Notes: a model not told the origin generated them from the sequence alone. 64,000 nucleotides of DNA from Clostridia bacterium (GCA_017471765.1 JAFURT010000009.1:15367-79366); one strand, 5' to 3'; positions 40,740-51,700 are shown, counted from the first letter of the stretch. Numbers and translations: made by a program.

Positions 40740-40940
40740 CTCAAATAACACCCCTATACAAACATACATCATTAGGATAGCACATTTCCTCTCCCGGCAC
40801 AAGTTAAAAGTGTGATTTTTCCCGGAAAATTTTACAGAAGGTGGTAGAATTTATCCCTTTGCAAAAAACACTTGTCACCGGGCGTGGTTTCGTGTATAAT
40901 AGTTTCTGTGTCTGCAACAGACACGTAAGGAGGTGGCAGC

Positions 40941-41915
40941 ATGAATGTGGGACAGCTTGTCGGCAATGCGTCGGTCAAGCAACGGCTGGCGGCAGAGATT
41001 GATGCCGGGCGGTTTCCCCATGCGCTGCTCATCGAGGGGGCGCCGGGTAGCGGCCGCCGTACGTTGGCGGGCATCGTTGCCCGGGCGGCGGTGTGCCGGG
41101 GCGTGGGCGACAAGCCCTGCGGTGCCTGTGCCGCCTGTGTCAAGACGGTGCACCCGGACATTACGCTTCTGGGCGGCGATGGAGAGGCTCTGACGGTGGA
41201 TACCATCCGCCGTCTGCGTGACGAGGCCTTTGTCCTGCCTAACGAGGCGCCCTACCGGGTGATGATTCTGGCCGAGGCCCAGACCATGACCCCCCAGGCA
41301 CAGAATGCGCTGCTGAAAATTTTGGAGGAGCCCCCGGCCCACGTGCTGTTTATCCTCACCTGCAACAACCGCACCGCCCTGCTGGAGACCATCCGGTCCC
41401 GGTGTGTGTGTCTGACCCTGACGGCGGTGCCGTGGGAGGAGGCCGCCCCGGTGCTGGCAGAGCGTTTGCCTCAGATGGCGGAGGAGGAGCGCAAGCGAGC
41501 CCACAGCCTGTTCGGCGGCTATATCGGCCAGGTGATTGATGGGGTATCCGACGGCACCTTCCGGCAGGTGCTGGAGCTGGTGCCGACGATGGCCACCGCC
41601 ATCATCGCCCTGTCGGAGCTTCCCCTCCTACAGGCCACTGCCCGGCTGGAAAAAGATAAACCCCTGTCGCTGGGGGTGCTGGCAGGGCTGGCTTTGGTGT
41701 TCCGGGACGCCCTGACGGTGCAGTACGGCGGGCAGATGATGCTCTCCACCGCCCCCGATGAGGCTCGCCAGCTGGCCGCCGTCCTGCCGGGAGAACGGCT
41801 GATGGCTTTGCTCCGGCAGACGGAGACCTTGCAGACGGCCCTGCAACGCAACATGAACAATACGCTGTTTGTCACCCGGTTCTGCGCCTGCCTGCGGCAG
41901 GCCGCCGGCCGCTGA
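40941..41915 (+). CDS. holB: DNA polymerase III subunit delta'
   Basis: HALLIEGAPGSGR, a CGACAAC zinc module, and QNALLKILEEPP. Confidence 0.85.
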   Translation: MNVGQLVGNASVKQRLAAEIDAGRFPHALLIEGAPGSGRRTLAGIVARAAVCRGVGDKPCGACAACVKTVHPDITLLGGDGEALTVDTIRRLRDEAFVLPNEAPYRVMILAEAQTMTPQAQNALLKILEEPPAHVLFILTCNNRTALLETIRSRCVCLTLTAVPWEEAAPVLAERLPQMAEEERKRAHSLFGGYIGQVIDGVSDGTFRQVLELVPTMATAIIALSELPLLQATARLEKDKPLSLGVLAGLALVFRDALTVQYGGQMMLSTAPDEARQLAAVLPGERLMALLRQTETLQTALQRNMNNTLFVTRFCACLRQAAGR

Positions 41916-41934
41916 CAGGAAAGGATTATGCAAT

Positions 41935-42924
41935 ATGGCAATGACAGTAGGCATCCGTTTCCGCCCCGGCGGAAAGGTGTATGATTTTGACCCCGGTGAG
42001 ATGATTCTGCTCCCCGGCGAAAAAGTGGTGGTGGAGACCGCCCGGGGCCTGGAGTGCGGCGAGGTAGCCCGGGCCAACCGGGAAACCGCCACGAATGGCC
42101 AGCCCCTTAAGCCGGTTATCCGTCGGGCTAATGCCGAGGACCGCCGCCGGGCGGAGGAAAACGCCGCCAAGGCACGGCAGGCCATGCAGGTGTGTCAGGA
42201 GCGTATCGCCGCCCATGGGCTGGATATGAAGCTGGTGGACGCCGAGTATGCGTTTGACGATTCCAAGATTACCTTCGATTTCACGGCCGAGGGCCGGGTG
42301 GATTTCCGCAATCTGGTCAAGGATTTGGCCGGGGTGTTCCATACCCGGATCGAACTGCACCAGATTGGTGTCCGGGACGAGGCGAAAAAGCTGGGTGGCG
42401 TGGGCATCTGCGGTCAACCCTTCTGCTGTTCCCGCTTTCTGCGGGATTTCCAGCCGGTGTCCATCAAGATGGCCAAGGAGCAGGGTCTGTCCCTCAACCC
42501 CACCAAAATCTCCGGCTCCTGCGGGCGGCTGATGTGCTGTCTCAAGTACGAGCAGGACACCTATGAGGAGCTGCTGAAGCTCAGCCCCAAGGTAGGAGCC
42601 GTGGTGATGACCCCCGAGGGCCGCGGTGTGGTCACCGAGAGCAATGTGCTCACCGGCAAGTTGAAGGTGCGGCTGGATAAGGCGCCGGATTCGCCGGCGG
42701 TGGATATGATGCGTGAGGATGTGTCGGTGGTTATCCGGGATAAAGCCCCCGGCGGCAAGCCGAAGGCGGCTGAGGTGGCCGAGGCTGACGGAAAGCTCGA
42801 ACAGCCCCCGGCAAAGCCTGCGCCCAAGGCGGAACAGGCCCCGCCGGCCACCGGTGAACAGAAGGCCCAAAAGAGCGACCACCGTCCCCGCAACCGCCGT
42901 CCCCGGAATAAGCGGCAAGGGTAA
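41935..42924 (+). CDS. ricT: PSP1 domain protein / stage 0 sporulation protein YaaT (RicT)
   Basis: VGIRFRPGGKVYDFD N-terminus and the Cys motifs CGQPFCCSRFL and SGSCGRLMCCLKYE. Confidence 0.85.
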   Translation: MAMTVGIRFRPGGKVYDFDPGEMILLPGEKVVVETARGLECGEVARANRETATNGQPLKPVIRRANAEDRRRAEENAAKARQAMQVCQERIAAHGLDMKLVDAEYAFDDSKITFDFTAEGRVDFRNLVKDLAGVFHTRIELHQIGVRDEAKKLGGVGICGQPFCCSRFLRDFQPVSIKMAKEQGLSLNPTKISGSCGRLMCCLKYEQDTYEELLKLSPKVGAVVMTPEGRGVVTESNVLTGKLKVRLDKAPDSPAVDMMREDVSVVIRDKAPGGKPKAAEVAEADGKLEQPPAKPAPKAEQAPPATGEQKAQKSDHRPRNRRPRNKRQG

Positions 42925-42947
42925 ATTTTGAAAAACAAGAAAAAGTC

Positions 42948-42976
42948 TTGCATTTTTTCTCCGGTAGTGGTATGAT
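42948..42976 (+). promoter_or_regulatory. Putative promoter of the ferredoxin gene (TTGCAT-17-TATGAT)
   Basis: Hexamers read directly from the sequence. Confidence 0.45.
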
Positions 42977-43010
42977 AAAGCCACAATTTCAAGAAGGAGG
43001 CGTAAATATC

Positions 43011-43181
43011 ATGGCTTACGTTATCTCTGATGCGTGCATCGCTTGCGGCGCTTGCGCCGAGGGCTGCCCCGTAGAGGCGATCGCCGAGGGCGACGGCAAG
43101 TACGAGATCAATGCGGATGCTTGCATTGATTGCGGTGCTTGCGCTGACACCTGCCCGGTGGGTGCTATCGCTGCGGAATAA
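43011..43181 (+). CDS. fdx: Clostridial-type 2x[4Fe-4S] ferredoxin (56 aa)
   Basis: CIACGACAEGCP and CIDCGACADTCP motifs. AAGGAGG RBS. Confidence 0.85.
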   Translation: MAYVISDACIACGACAEGCPVEAIAEGDGKYEINADACIDCGACADTCPVGAIAAE

Positions 43182-43195
43182 TCGCAAACTGCAAG

Positions 43196-43227
43196 GCCGG
43201 ACAGCACTGCTGTCCGGCTTTGTTGTT
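43196..43227 (+). terminator. Intrinsic terminator after the ferredoxin gene
   Basis: gccggacagc-act-gctgtccggc followed by tttgttgtt. Confidence 0.65.
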
Positions 43228-43253
43228 ATGTTATGAAAAAGGAGGGACAGTGT

Positions 43254-43994
43254 ATGGAATGGCTACCGGTATACGATGACATCCGGGTGGCGGTATCGGC
43301 CGACCACCGGTTTGGCACCGATGCCATCCTGCTGTCCCATTTTGCCACCCCGGCGCCGGGGGAGACGGTGTGCGAGCTGGGCACCGGCTGTGGGGCAATT
43401 GCCCTGCGGCTGGCGGCCACCGGCCGGCCGTCGGCGGTGCATGGGGTGGATATACAGCCGGAAGCGATTGGGCTGGCGCAGGCCGGGGCAGAGGCCTTCC
43501 CCGGCACGCCCCGGCCCACCTTTGCGGTGGGGGATTGGCGGAATTTCCGGGAGATTGCTCCGGCCGGCAGTTTTCGGCGGGTGGTGTGCAACCCTCCCTA
43601 TTTTCCCCCGGACAGTGGAGAAAAGAGCCGGGAGGCGGCGGTGCGGCTGGCCCGGCATGAACAGCTGGACACGCTGGACACCCTGTGTGGGGCGGCCTCC
43701 TGGCTGGTGCAGAGCGGGGGGAGCTTTTGCCTGTGTCATCGGCCGGAACGCTTGGCGGCGGTGCTGGCCGCCCTCACCCGGCACAAGCTGGAGCCAAAAC
43801 GTCTCCAGCCGGTGCAGAAGCGAGGGGACACCGCCCCCTGGCTGTTTTTGCTGGAGGCACGGCGTGACGGGAAGCCGGGGCTTACCTGGTTGCCGCCGCT
43901 GGTGCTGTATACCGACACCGGGGAGCCCTCCCCGGCCATGCGAGAGATCTACCGGGAACTACCCCCGGAGAAAGGGGATAAGAACCATGCCTGA
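43254..43994 (+). CDS. N6-adenine tRNA methyltransferase (YabB/YfiC/TrmN6-like)
   Basis: LGTGCGAI SAM motif and an NPPYF catalytic motif. Lies in the conserved yabB position before rsmI. Confidence 0.7.
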   Translation: MEWLPVYDDIRVAVSADHRFGTDAILLSHFATPAPGETVCELGTGCGAIALRLAATGRPSAVHGVDIQPEAIGLAQAGAEAFPGTPRPTFAVGDWRNFREIAPAGSFRRVVCNPPYFPPDSGEKSREAAVRLARHEQLDTLDTLCGAASWLVQSGGSFCLCHRPERLAAVLAALTRHKLEPKRLQPVQKRGDTAPWLFLLEARRDGKPGLTWLPPLVLYTDTGEPSPAMREIYRELPPEKGDKNHA

Positions 43995-44829
43995 TACGAT
44001 TTGCGGCACCCTGACGCTGGTGGGTACCCCCATCGGCAATCTGGGGGATTTTTCGCCCCGGGCGGTAGCGGCGCTGGAGGAATGTGATTTCATTGCCGCC
44101 GAGGATACCCGGGTGACGCTGAAGCTGCTCAATCATTTTGGTATCAACAAGCCGCTGGTCAGCTACCATGAGCACAATAAACGGGAGCGAGGGGAGCAGG
44201 TATGCGCCCGTCTGCTGGCCGGAGAGAATGGCGTGCTGGTCAGCGATGCCGGCATGCCGGCCATCTCCGACCCCGGAGAGAATCTGGTGGCCCTCTGCCG
44301 GCAGAAGGGCATCCCGGTGGGGGTGGTCCCCGGTCCCACGGCGGTCACCACCGCCCTGGCCCTGGCTGGTCTGCCTACCGGGCGATTTACCTTCGAGGGC
44401 TTCCTCAGCGTGAGCAAAAAGGAGCGTCGGGAGCATCTGGCAGAGCTGACCGAGGAGCGCCGCACCATGGTGTTTTATGAGGCGCCGCACAAGCTGGTGG
44501 CTACCCTGTCCGACCTGTTGGCCGCCTTGGGCGACCGGGAGGTGGCGCTGGTACGGGAGCTGACGAAAATTCACGAAGAGGTAGTTTCCACCACCCTGGC
44601 GGCCGCTGTGGAAAAATACACCGCAGAAGCACCCCGTGGGGAGTTTGTGCTGATTGTCCGGGGCGCCGCTCCGGCGCCGGTGGAGGCCGCCGACCCGGAT
44701 ACGGCCGCCACGCTGGCCCGGGGGTATATGGCCGAGGGGCTGTCTGCCTCCGAAGCGGCCAAAAAAGCTGCTGCCGCCACCGGACTCAAGAAAGGTGACG
44801 TATACAGATTGTTGATTAATAAGGAATAA
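43987..44829 (+). CDS. rsmI: 16S rRNA (cytidine1402-2'-O)-methyltransferase
   Basis: LTLVGTPIGNLGDFSPRA, AAEDTR, DAGMPAISDPG and FYEAPHK motifs. Only the 3' part of the long track ORF is real. Confidence 0.9.
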   Translation: MPDTICGTLTLVGTPIGNLGDFSPRAVAALEECDFIAAEDTRVTLKLLNHFGINKPLVSYHEHNKRERGEQVCARLLAGENGVLVSDAGMPAISDPGENLVALCRQKGIPVGVVPGPTAVTTALALAGLPTGRFTFEGFLSVSKKERREHLAELTEERRTMVFYEAPHKLVATLSDLLAALGDREVALVRELTKIHEEVVSTTLAAAVEKYTAEAPRGEFVLIVRGAAPAPVEAADPDTAATLARGYMAEGLSASEAAKKAAAATGLKKGDVYRLLINKE

Positions 44830-44848
44830 ATACAGGGAGGATAAGAAA

Positions 44849-45406
44849 ATGGACCCAAAAGAGTTGATTGTTTTGGTGGTGCTGGCAGTTATCGTGCTGG
44901 CCCTGCTGGTGTTCACCCGTAAGAAGAACGAGGGCGGCCGTGCCGCCCAGCTGATGAAGAAATATGCCGCCCTGCCCCCGGAGCAGTTAGCCACAGTGCC
45001 GGAGGAGGAGCTGGTGGAGGCGGTGGTCAGCCATGTGCTGGCCTGTGCGGCTGACAGCCGCCGTCCCGACCCGGTAAAGGTGCTGGCCGGCAAACCCCAG
45101 GGCTTTACGGTGGTATATGCCGTGTGGGCGGTGTGCAAGGAGATGGCCGCCGGGGATTACCGAGGGCTGTTGCATACGGCTACCCGTGAGCTGACCGAGC
45201 AGGCCGGGGCCGGCTTTACCGCCATAGGTGCCACCCAGACCGCCGCCGCCTGGCAGACCCTGTGCGAGACCGAGGGGGATACCGCCGAGGCAGAAAAAGC
45301 CTTCCATCTGGCGGTGGAGAGCGAGTGCCCCCTGACCCTGTGTGTGGCCTATATCCGGGACAACCCGGAGCAGTTCGGCGGCGAGCCGACGGAGGCCGCA
45401 GAATGA
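44849..45406 (+). CDS. Hypothetical membrane-anchored protein
   Basis: GGGAGGA RBS and an N-terminal TM helix. No family was recognised with confidence. Confidence 0.45.
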   Translation: MDPKELIVLVVLAVIVLALLVFTRKKNEGGRAAQLMKKYAALPPEQLATVPEEELVEAVVSHVLACAADSRRPDPVKVLAGKPQGFTVVYAVWAVCKEMAAGDYRGLLHTATRELTEQAGAGFTAIGATQTAAAWQTLCETEGDTAEAEKAFHLAVESECPLTLCVAYIRDNPEQFGGEPTEAAE

Positions 45407-45981
45407 GCCAGTCGGCATACCCCCTGAATGCCCTGGGGCTGGCTCATCGGTTTATGGCCGCCCATATTCGCCCCGGCGATACCTGCATCGATGCCACCGC
45501 CGGCCGGGGACGGGATACCCTGTTCCTCTGCCGTCTGGTGGGGGAAACCGGCCGTGTGCTGGCGCTGGATATCCAGCCGGCGGCGGTGGAGGCCACCCGG
45601 GCGCTGTTAGCCGCCGAGGGGGTGGCAGACCGGGCGCAGGTGCTGGCGTGCTGTCACAGCCGTTTGGCAGAGCTGGCCGCCCCGGAGACGGTGGACGGCA
45701 TTATGTTCAATTTCGGCTGGTTGCCTGGCGGAGACCATACCGTATTTTCTCAGCCGGAAACCAGTATCCCGGCGGTGGAGGCGGCGCTGTCCCTGCTCCG
45801 TCCCGGCGGGGTGATGAGCCTGTGCCTGTACTACGGCCGGGAGAACGGCACCGCTGAACGGGACGCCCTGCTCCGCTACCTGTCTACGGTGGATAACCGG
45901 CAGTATACGGTGATCGTGGGGGATTTCCTCAACCGCACCGGGGATTATCCCATCCCGGTGTGCATAGTCAAAGAAAGATAA
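45403..45981 (+). CDS. Class I SAM-dependent methyltransferase, YtqB/MnmM-like
   Basis: The pattern DATAGRGRDTLFLCRLVGETGRVLALDIQ matches YtqB-type methylases. ATGA overlap with the previous ORF. Confidence 0.65.
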   Translation: MSQSAYPLNALGLAHRFMAAHIRPGDTCIDATAGRGRDTLFLCRLVGETGRVLALDIQPAAVEATRALLAAEGVADRAQVLACCHSRLAELAAPETVDGIMFNFGWLPGGDHTVFSQPETSIPAVEAALSLLRPGGVMSLCLYYGRENGTAERDALLRYLSTVDNRQYTVIVGDFLNRTGDYPIPVCIVKER

Positions 45982-45986
45982 AAAGT

Positions 45987-46022
45987 TGCGCTCCGGACGG
46001 CTTGTCCGGAGCGCAGTTTTTA
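45987..46022. terminator. Bidirectional terminator between the methyltransferase and the TIR operon
   Basis: 11-bp stem tgcgctccgga/tccggagcgca followed by gttttta. Confidence 0.7.
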
Positions 46023-46025
46023 TTG

Positions 46026-48707
46026 TTACAGGGATTTCACTGCCCCTTCATACATCGTCACGAAGTCCGAATCCTCCGGGTAAGCCTGGCGGAGCTTCTC
46101 CAGCAGTGGCAACGCCTGATAGCGTATCACATCCTGCCAACCGTTCCCCCACACCAGAGCCAGACACAGATAGCAACGGGCTAGCTTTTTGCCATAGGTA
46201 GGCTGACTGCATAGACGGTAGAGCCTATCATAAGCGGCGATCGCTCGTTCATACTGTTCTTTTGCCTCCGGTCGGTTTCCCTGCTCGCGGCAGGCATCTC
46301 CCAGGCGCTGTGCACAGTCGCCCTGCCGTCGACAGGCTTTTTCCAACCCCTCCCGGTAGCGGGCAGAATCCGGCTTTTTGTCGACGCAGAGCTGCCGCAG
46401 TCGCACGCATTTCTCCAGCCACTTTTGCGCCATCTGGGGGTTCTCCCCCTCCTCATACAGTGTGCCGATGGCATACTGGAGAACCGACAGACCATACACA
46501 TCTGCAATCTTGGAGGCGGTTTTCACCTGCTCCTGCCAATAGGGCAACGCTTTTCCATACCAGTCGAGGGCGATGCTCCGGCTACCCAATTTTCGGTACA
46601 GAGACCCCAGTTCATAACAGGTATCGGCGTATTTTCTTTTGTTTGGCCACGATTTCTGCAGATCGGCACACTCCAAGTACCATCGGATGGCAGTTTGGCT
46701 GTCGCCCCGCTCCCGATACAGCTTGCTCAATCGACTGCAGGCCTTTTCCAGTTGGAAACTGTCACTATGCTTTTGGAGCGGACCTAACTCCCGTCTCAGC
46801 ATCCAATACAAGGTGGCCGCACGCTCATAATGGGTCAGCGCCTCCGGCTGTTGGCCAGCTTCTTCATACCGCTCTGCCGTATAAACGTGGGCATAGACCA
46901 GTACCGGATAAACCGCTGAACCCGTGGGTGCCTGCTGTATGCGCTCCATATCGGCCAGATGTTCCTCCAGCGCCTGACGGTATTCCGGCCTGTCGCTCTC
47001 GCTGACCAATGTCCGGCGCAGCGGCAATCCCCATTTGTACCATTTCAGGGCAAGCGTCGGGTCGCCGGCTGAGTAGCAGACCTCCCCCAGCCCCGCATAA
47101 GCCTTGGCCAGCAGATCCTGCAGGGGGGCGGCCACCTCTTCCTCGGCCAGCCGCTTCTGCAGATATGCCAGCCCTTTTATGTACCGATCAAGCGCCTCCT
47201 CCAGCCGACCGGTGCGGCGGCGGATATCTCCCATACAAAGGCACAGCTGAATCTGGCACATGCACCCTTGCGTGACCCAAGAACCACGGGCAAACCCGAG
47301 CCAGGTGTCGGCCGCATTAAAAAGTTGCTCCGCTTTCTCATGATCCCCGGCCAAATACCGCATGTATCCCAGCTTAAACGACGATAGGCCTATTAAGAAA
47401 AACACGTTCCAGTTATCTTTACCGTTGAGCGTTTTTACAACCACCTCCAGCCGTAGGAACACTGCCTCCGCTTCATCCAAACGGGAGGCCGCCGTCAAAA
47501 GGTCGCCCAGTGAACACAGAGCCTCCACCAATTCGTAGCCCGAGGGGGCGTTTTCTTTGTTCTCTGCCTCGGCATAGTCTGCCTCCCAGGCGTCCGCCAG
47601 CCGCTTTTGCCAGTGGATTGCCCGGTCGTAATCGCGGGCCACGCCCATGCCCTCCCGGTACATGGACGCCAGCTTTTTCATGGCATCCTTCAGTCCTGCC
47701 TCGGCGGCACCGGCGATCAGTTTCTCTGCCCGGGCGTGGTCTACCTCCACGTCGATACCGCTGAGATAGGCCAGACCGATAAAAAAGTTGTGCTGAGGCT
47801 CGTTATCGTTCCCCCGAATGGCTAATTGCCGCAAAGTAGCGGCCAAAGCGGCAGACAGAGCCAGGGGGTCGTGTGCATCTGCACAGGGCGGAATGCCCGC
47901 ATACCGGCTCGCCAGCGCCAGCCGGTCGGTGGGGATCATTTCCGCAGGCAGAATGAGCTTGCCCTGCTCTACCGCCATGGGATACTCAATGGCTTGGATA
48001 TAGTTGGGTTCGTTCACCAGGTTGGGAGTCACTGCCAACACGAACAGGCCGCTTTTTTCTAACGCCTGGCGAATGGCGTCGCTCCAATCCTCTCCGGGAA
48101 TTAAAAACTCGTCGTACCAGATGGCGATATCCCGACAGAATTCATTTGCATGAATGAGCCGCATCAGCTCCTGGGCATGGCGACGATCTTTTTTCCGGTA
48201 ACTGAGGAAAATATAGGCATCAAAAGCGGCACGCACCTGTGCTGCCAGCTCGTCCCCCACCAGCACACTGTCCAGGTAGAGGGTGAGCTTTTCTTCGTAA
48301 GGGATGGCGGTGGGGTCGCTGTCCAGCCGATCCAGGTATTGCAAGTTGCCGAACGTTTTGTCAAACAGGGCCGCTAGCCCCGGCTCCTGTATCAGAGGCA
48401 GCACGGGGAGGTGATGGGCCAGAGCAAAGGGAACAAGGACATCCTTTGCCGGGTTTTCCGTGGTGAGCAGCCGGGTGGTGACCGGCATGACGAACAGCTG
48501 CATGCCGGCCAAGTCTGCTAAAAGATCTTCTGTTACTGTAACGGCGCCGGCTGTATGATAGAAGAGGGCACAGCTCTGTCTGGAAAGGAGCTCCTCAGCC
48601 ACTCCCTCGAAATACAGCGAAAAATCTGCAGGATGGCAACAGAAATACACCCGCGGTTTTCCCTGCGGGCTGGTGTTTCCACGGGTTTTGCAGCCCAAGG
48701 TAGCCAT
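46026..48707 (-). CDS. TIR domain / Sel1 / TPR repeat protein, paralog B (893 aa)
   Basis: The first ~330 aa align without gaps to the upstream gene. TIR_2-type motifs FLSYRKKD, IAIWYDEFLIPGE, LFVLAVTPN and NYIQAIEYP. Sel1-like FFIGLAYLSG...MYREGMGV. Irregular TPR C-terminus. No Walker A. Confidence 0.75.
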   Translation of the reverse strand: MATLGCKTRGNTSPQGKPRVYFCCHPADFSLYFEGVAEELLSRQSCALFYHTAGAVTVTEDLLADLAGMQLFVMPVTTRLLTTENPAKDVLVPFALAHHLPVLPLIQEPGLAALFDKTFGNLQYLDRLDSDPTAIPYEEKLTLYLDSVLVGDELAAQVRAAFDAYIFLSYRKKDRRHAQELMRLIHANEFCRDIAIWYDEFLIPGEDWSDAIRQALEKSGLFVLAVTPNLVNEPNYIQAIEYPMAVEQGKLILPAEMIPTDRLALASRYAGIPPCADAHDPLALSAALAATLRQLAIRGNDNEPQHNFFIGLAYLSGIDVEVDHARAEKLIAGAAEAGLKDAMKKLASMYREGMGVARDYDRAIHWQKRLADAWEADYAEAENKENAPSGYELVEALCSLGDLLTAASRLDEAEAVFLRLEVVVKTLNGKDNWNVFFLIGLSSFKLGYMRYLAGDHEKAEQLFNAADTWLGFARGSWVTQGCMCQIQLCLCMGDIRRRTGRLEEALDRYIKGLAYLQKRLAEEEVAAPLQDLLAKAYAGLGEVCYSAGDPTLALKWYKWGLPLRRTLVSESDRPEYRQALEEHLADMERIQQAPTGSAVYPVLVYAHVYTAERYEEAGQQPEALTHYERAATLYWMLRRELGPLQKHSDSFQLEKACSRLSKLYRERGDSQTAIRWYLECADLQKSWPNKRKYADTCYELGSLYRKLGSRSIALDWYGKALPYWQEQVKTASKIADVYGLSVLQYAIGTLYEEGENPQMAQKWLEKCVRLRQLCVDKKPDSARYREGLEKACRRQGDCAQRLGDACREQGNRPEAKEQYERAIAAYDRLYRLCSQPTYGKKLARCYLCLALVWGNGWQDVIRYQALPLLEKLRQAYPEDSDFVTMYEGAVKSL

Positions 48708-48728
48708 GCACGTCCTCCTTATCGGGTT

Positions 48729-51700
48729 TTACTCCATCTCCGCTAAAGCGTCGTCACACCGCTGCTTGCGCACGGGGTAGTCCGGGTTGCTGGGATAATC
48801 TTGCATAAGGGCGGCCCAGATGGCTTGCGCCTTCTCCAGATACTGCCGTTTTTCCTCGGCGGATTCCACCACCATAGAGAGCCGGCGGTAGATGGCGGCC
48901 AGATCATTTCTGTCGTCCGTGGCCTTGGCATTGGCCACCAAGACCTCGCGCAGGGCGGCGGCCTGCCGGAAATACGCATCGGCTTGCCGAAGATTGTCCT
49001 GAAGCCGGGCCAGTTCCCCTAAGCAATAGTATATTTTGGCCAGATCCCGGCGTGCCGAGGTGGTGTCGGTTTCTTCCAGCAACCGTTGCCGGATGGGGAG
49101 GGATTTTTCGTACCACGCCTGCGCACCGGCATAATCCTTGCGTGCCTTGCAGATGGAGCCAAGGTTGTTGTAGCTGGTGGAAATATCCCGACGGGTTTCG
49201 AGGGTGTCGCTTTCCTCCGCCAACTGCAGGCGGAGGGCCAGCGCCTTTTCATGGTGCTCCCATGCGGCGTCGTAGGCCTTGGTGGCGTCGTAGAGCGCCC
49301 CCAGGTTGTTGTAGCCTGCGGCCAGGTCCCGGCGGTGCTGGTGGGTGTTGGCCCGTTCCACCAGTTGCAGACGGATGGTCAGGCTTTTTTGGTACCATTC
49401 TGCGGCGACATCGTAGTTCTTTCGAGTCTTTTCCAGAATTCCCAGGCTGTTGTAGACAGTACATACATCCCGCATGGCCTCCACGGTGCCGGTTTCCTCC
49501 AGCAAGGCTTCCCGGAGGGCCAGGCATTTTTTGTACCATTGCAGGGCGTCGTCGTATTGCTTTGCATCCTCACAGATGTTGCCCATGTGGCTGTAACAGA
49601 CAGCCGCATCCCGGCGCGCCTCCACGGTGCCGGTTTCTTCCAGCAGGGTTTCCCGGATGGCCAGCGCCTTTTCAAACCACGCCTTTGCCTTGGCGTATTG
49701 GCACTCCGCTTTATACAGCTTGCCAAGGCGGTTGCACGCAACCGTCAGGTTGCGGCGTGCTTCTACCGTGCCGGTTTCGTCGGCTACCTGCTGGCTGATG
49801 GCCAGGTTCATTTCGTACCACTGTCCGGCTTTGTCCAAAGCGCCTTGCTGTTCATAGATATTGCCGATACGGCCAAAGCAGCTGGCCAGGTCTTTACGAG
49901 CCTCCACGGTGCCGGTTTCCTCCGCCAGCCGTTGCCGGATAACCCGGGCGCTTTCGTACCACGTCAAGGCATCTGTGAGGCGGCGGTTTTGTTTGTCGAT
50001 GTCTCCCAGATTGACGTAAGCTACTGTCAGGGTGCGGTACATGGGGATGGAGTCGGTTTCCTCCGCCAATTGCTTGGCAATGGTCATGGAGCGGAAATAC
50101 CACTCCCGTGCGGCAGCCAGATTGGCATAGTCCTTTTCCAAAGCACCCATTTTCATACAGCTGATGCTTAAGCTGCGGCGCTCTCTGGCGGTGCCCAGCT
50201 CCTCTGCCAGCTGTTCATCAATAGCCAGCTCCTTTTGGTACCATTCCCGTGCGGCGGCCAGATTACCGCATTTTCGCTCGATATCTCCCAGCTTTTCGTA
50301 GCAGATAGACAGGCTGTGCCGGGAGCGGTTGTCGTTTTCGCTCCTGGCCAGCTGTTCATCAATGTCCAGCTTCTTTTGGTACCATTCCCGTGCGGCGGTC
50401 AGGTTGCCGCATTCCCGTTCGATGTTCCCCAGGCGCTCATAGGCGATGGCCATATCCCGGCAAGCCAGCACCGTGTTCCGTTCCTCGGCCAATGCCTGCC
50501 GCAGAGGCAGGGATTTCGTCATCCATTCCCGTGCGTCAGCCAGCTGTCCCTTGGCCCGGTGCAGGTCACTCAGGTGGAGATAGCACACCGCCAAAAGCCG
50601 CTGTATCTGCCGGCAGTAGCCGTTTTGGGCGAGATAGGCGGTACATAGGGCCTCCATGCGCTCAAACACCGAGATTGCCTCATCGATGCGGCGCAGGTCG
50701 TGCAGGTCGTTGCCCAAGTCCCACAGCGTTTCGGCCAGAGAAGCCGCTGTTTCCTCGTTGGGGTCAGCCTCGTAGATGGACTGCCGCTTTTCCACCAGCT
50801 TTCTCTGCCAGTCAACCGCTACCCCATAGTTTCGTGCGGTGCCTACGCCGCTCTGATACATGGATACCAGCTTTTCGATGGCTTCCTCCAGCCCGGCATT
50901 GGCGGCGGAGGTAATCAGCTCCAGCGCCCGGTCCAGGTCCACCTCCACGTCCACGCCGCCCAGATAGGCCAGGCCGATGAAGAAATTGTGCTCCGGCGAG
51001 CCGTCGTTCTCCCGGATGGCCAACTGCTGGATAGCGGCCAGCAGGGCCGCCGACAAAGCCCCTTCGTTATGGGCGTCGGTGCTGGGGGGGATGTTCTTGT
51101 ACTTCCTGGCCAGCTTTTTGGGGTCGGTGGGCACCATTTCTGCGGCGATAACAGGCTTTTTCTGCTTTCTCGCCATGGGGTACTCGATTTCCTGGATATA
51201 ATTAGGCTCGTTGATCAGGTTGGGGGTCACCGCCAGCACGAACAGACCGCTTTTTTCCAGCGCCTCCCGGATGGCGTTGTTAAAGTTCTCGCCGGGGGTG
51301 AGGAATTCATCGTACCAGATGGCGATGTCCCGGCAGAAGGGATTTTTGTGGATAAGGCGCATCAGCTCCTGGGCGTATTGCCGGTCTTTCTTACGGTAGC
51401 TGAGGAATACATAGGCATCAAAAGCTGCCCGGATCTTGTCTGCCAGCTCATCTCCGATGAGTACCGCGCCCAGGAACTTTTCCAGCTTTTCTTCATAGGA
51501 GATGGCGGTGCTGTCGGCGGCGTGCTTGTCCAGATATTGCAGGTCACCGCATTTCTTGTTGAACAGCTTGTCCAGCCCGGCCTCCTGCATCAGCGGCAGA
51601 ACCGGGATGTGGTGGGATACGGCAAAGGGGAACAACGTATCCAGTGCCGGATTTTTGGTGGTAAGCAGACGCTCGGTCACCGGCATGAGCACCAACTGCA

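Noticed and set aside
43276-43986. 5' two-thirds of the 517-aa track ORF 43276-44829
   Set aside because: This part is out of frame with the yabB-like methyltransferase that occupies the region, and it translates to Arg/Pro/Trp-rich sequence. Only the part from ATG 43987 (rsmI) has recognisable motifs.
48786-50603. Periodic repeats that could be mistaken for a CRISPR array or a satellite
   Set aside because: The 141-bp period is an exact multiple of 3, lies entirely inside one long ORF, and translates to TPR-like units. There is no short repeat plus unique spacer structure.
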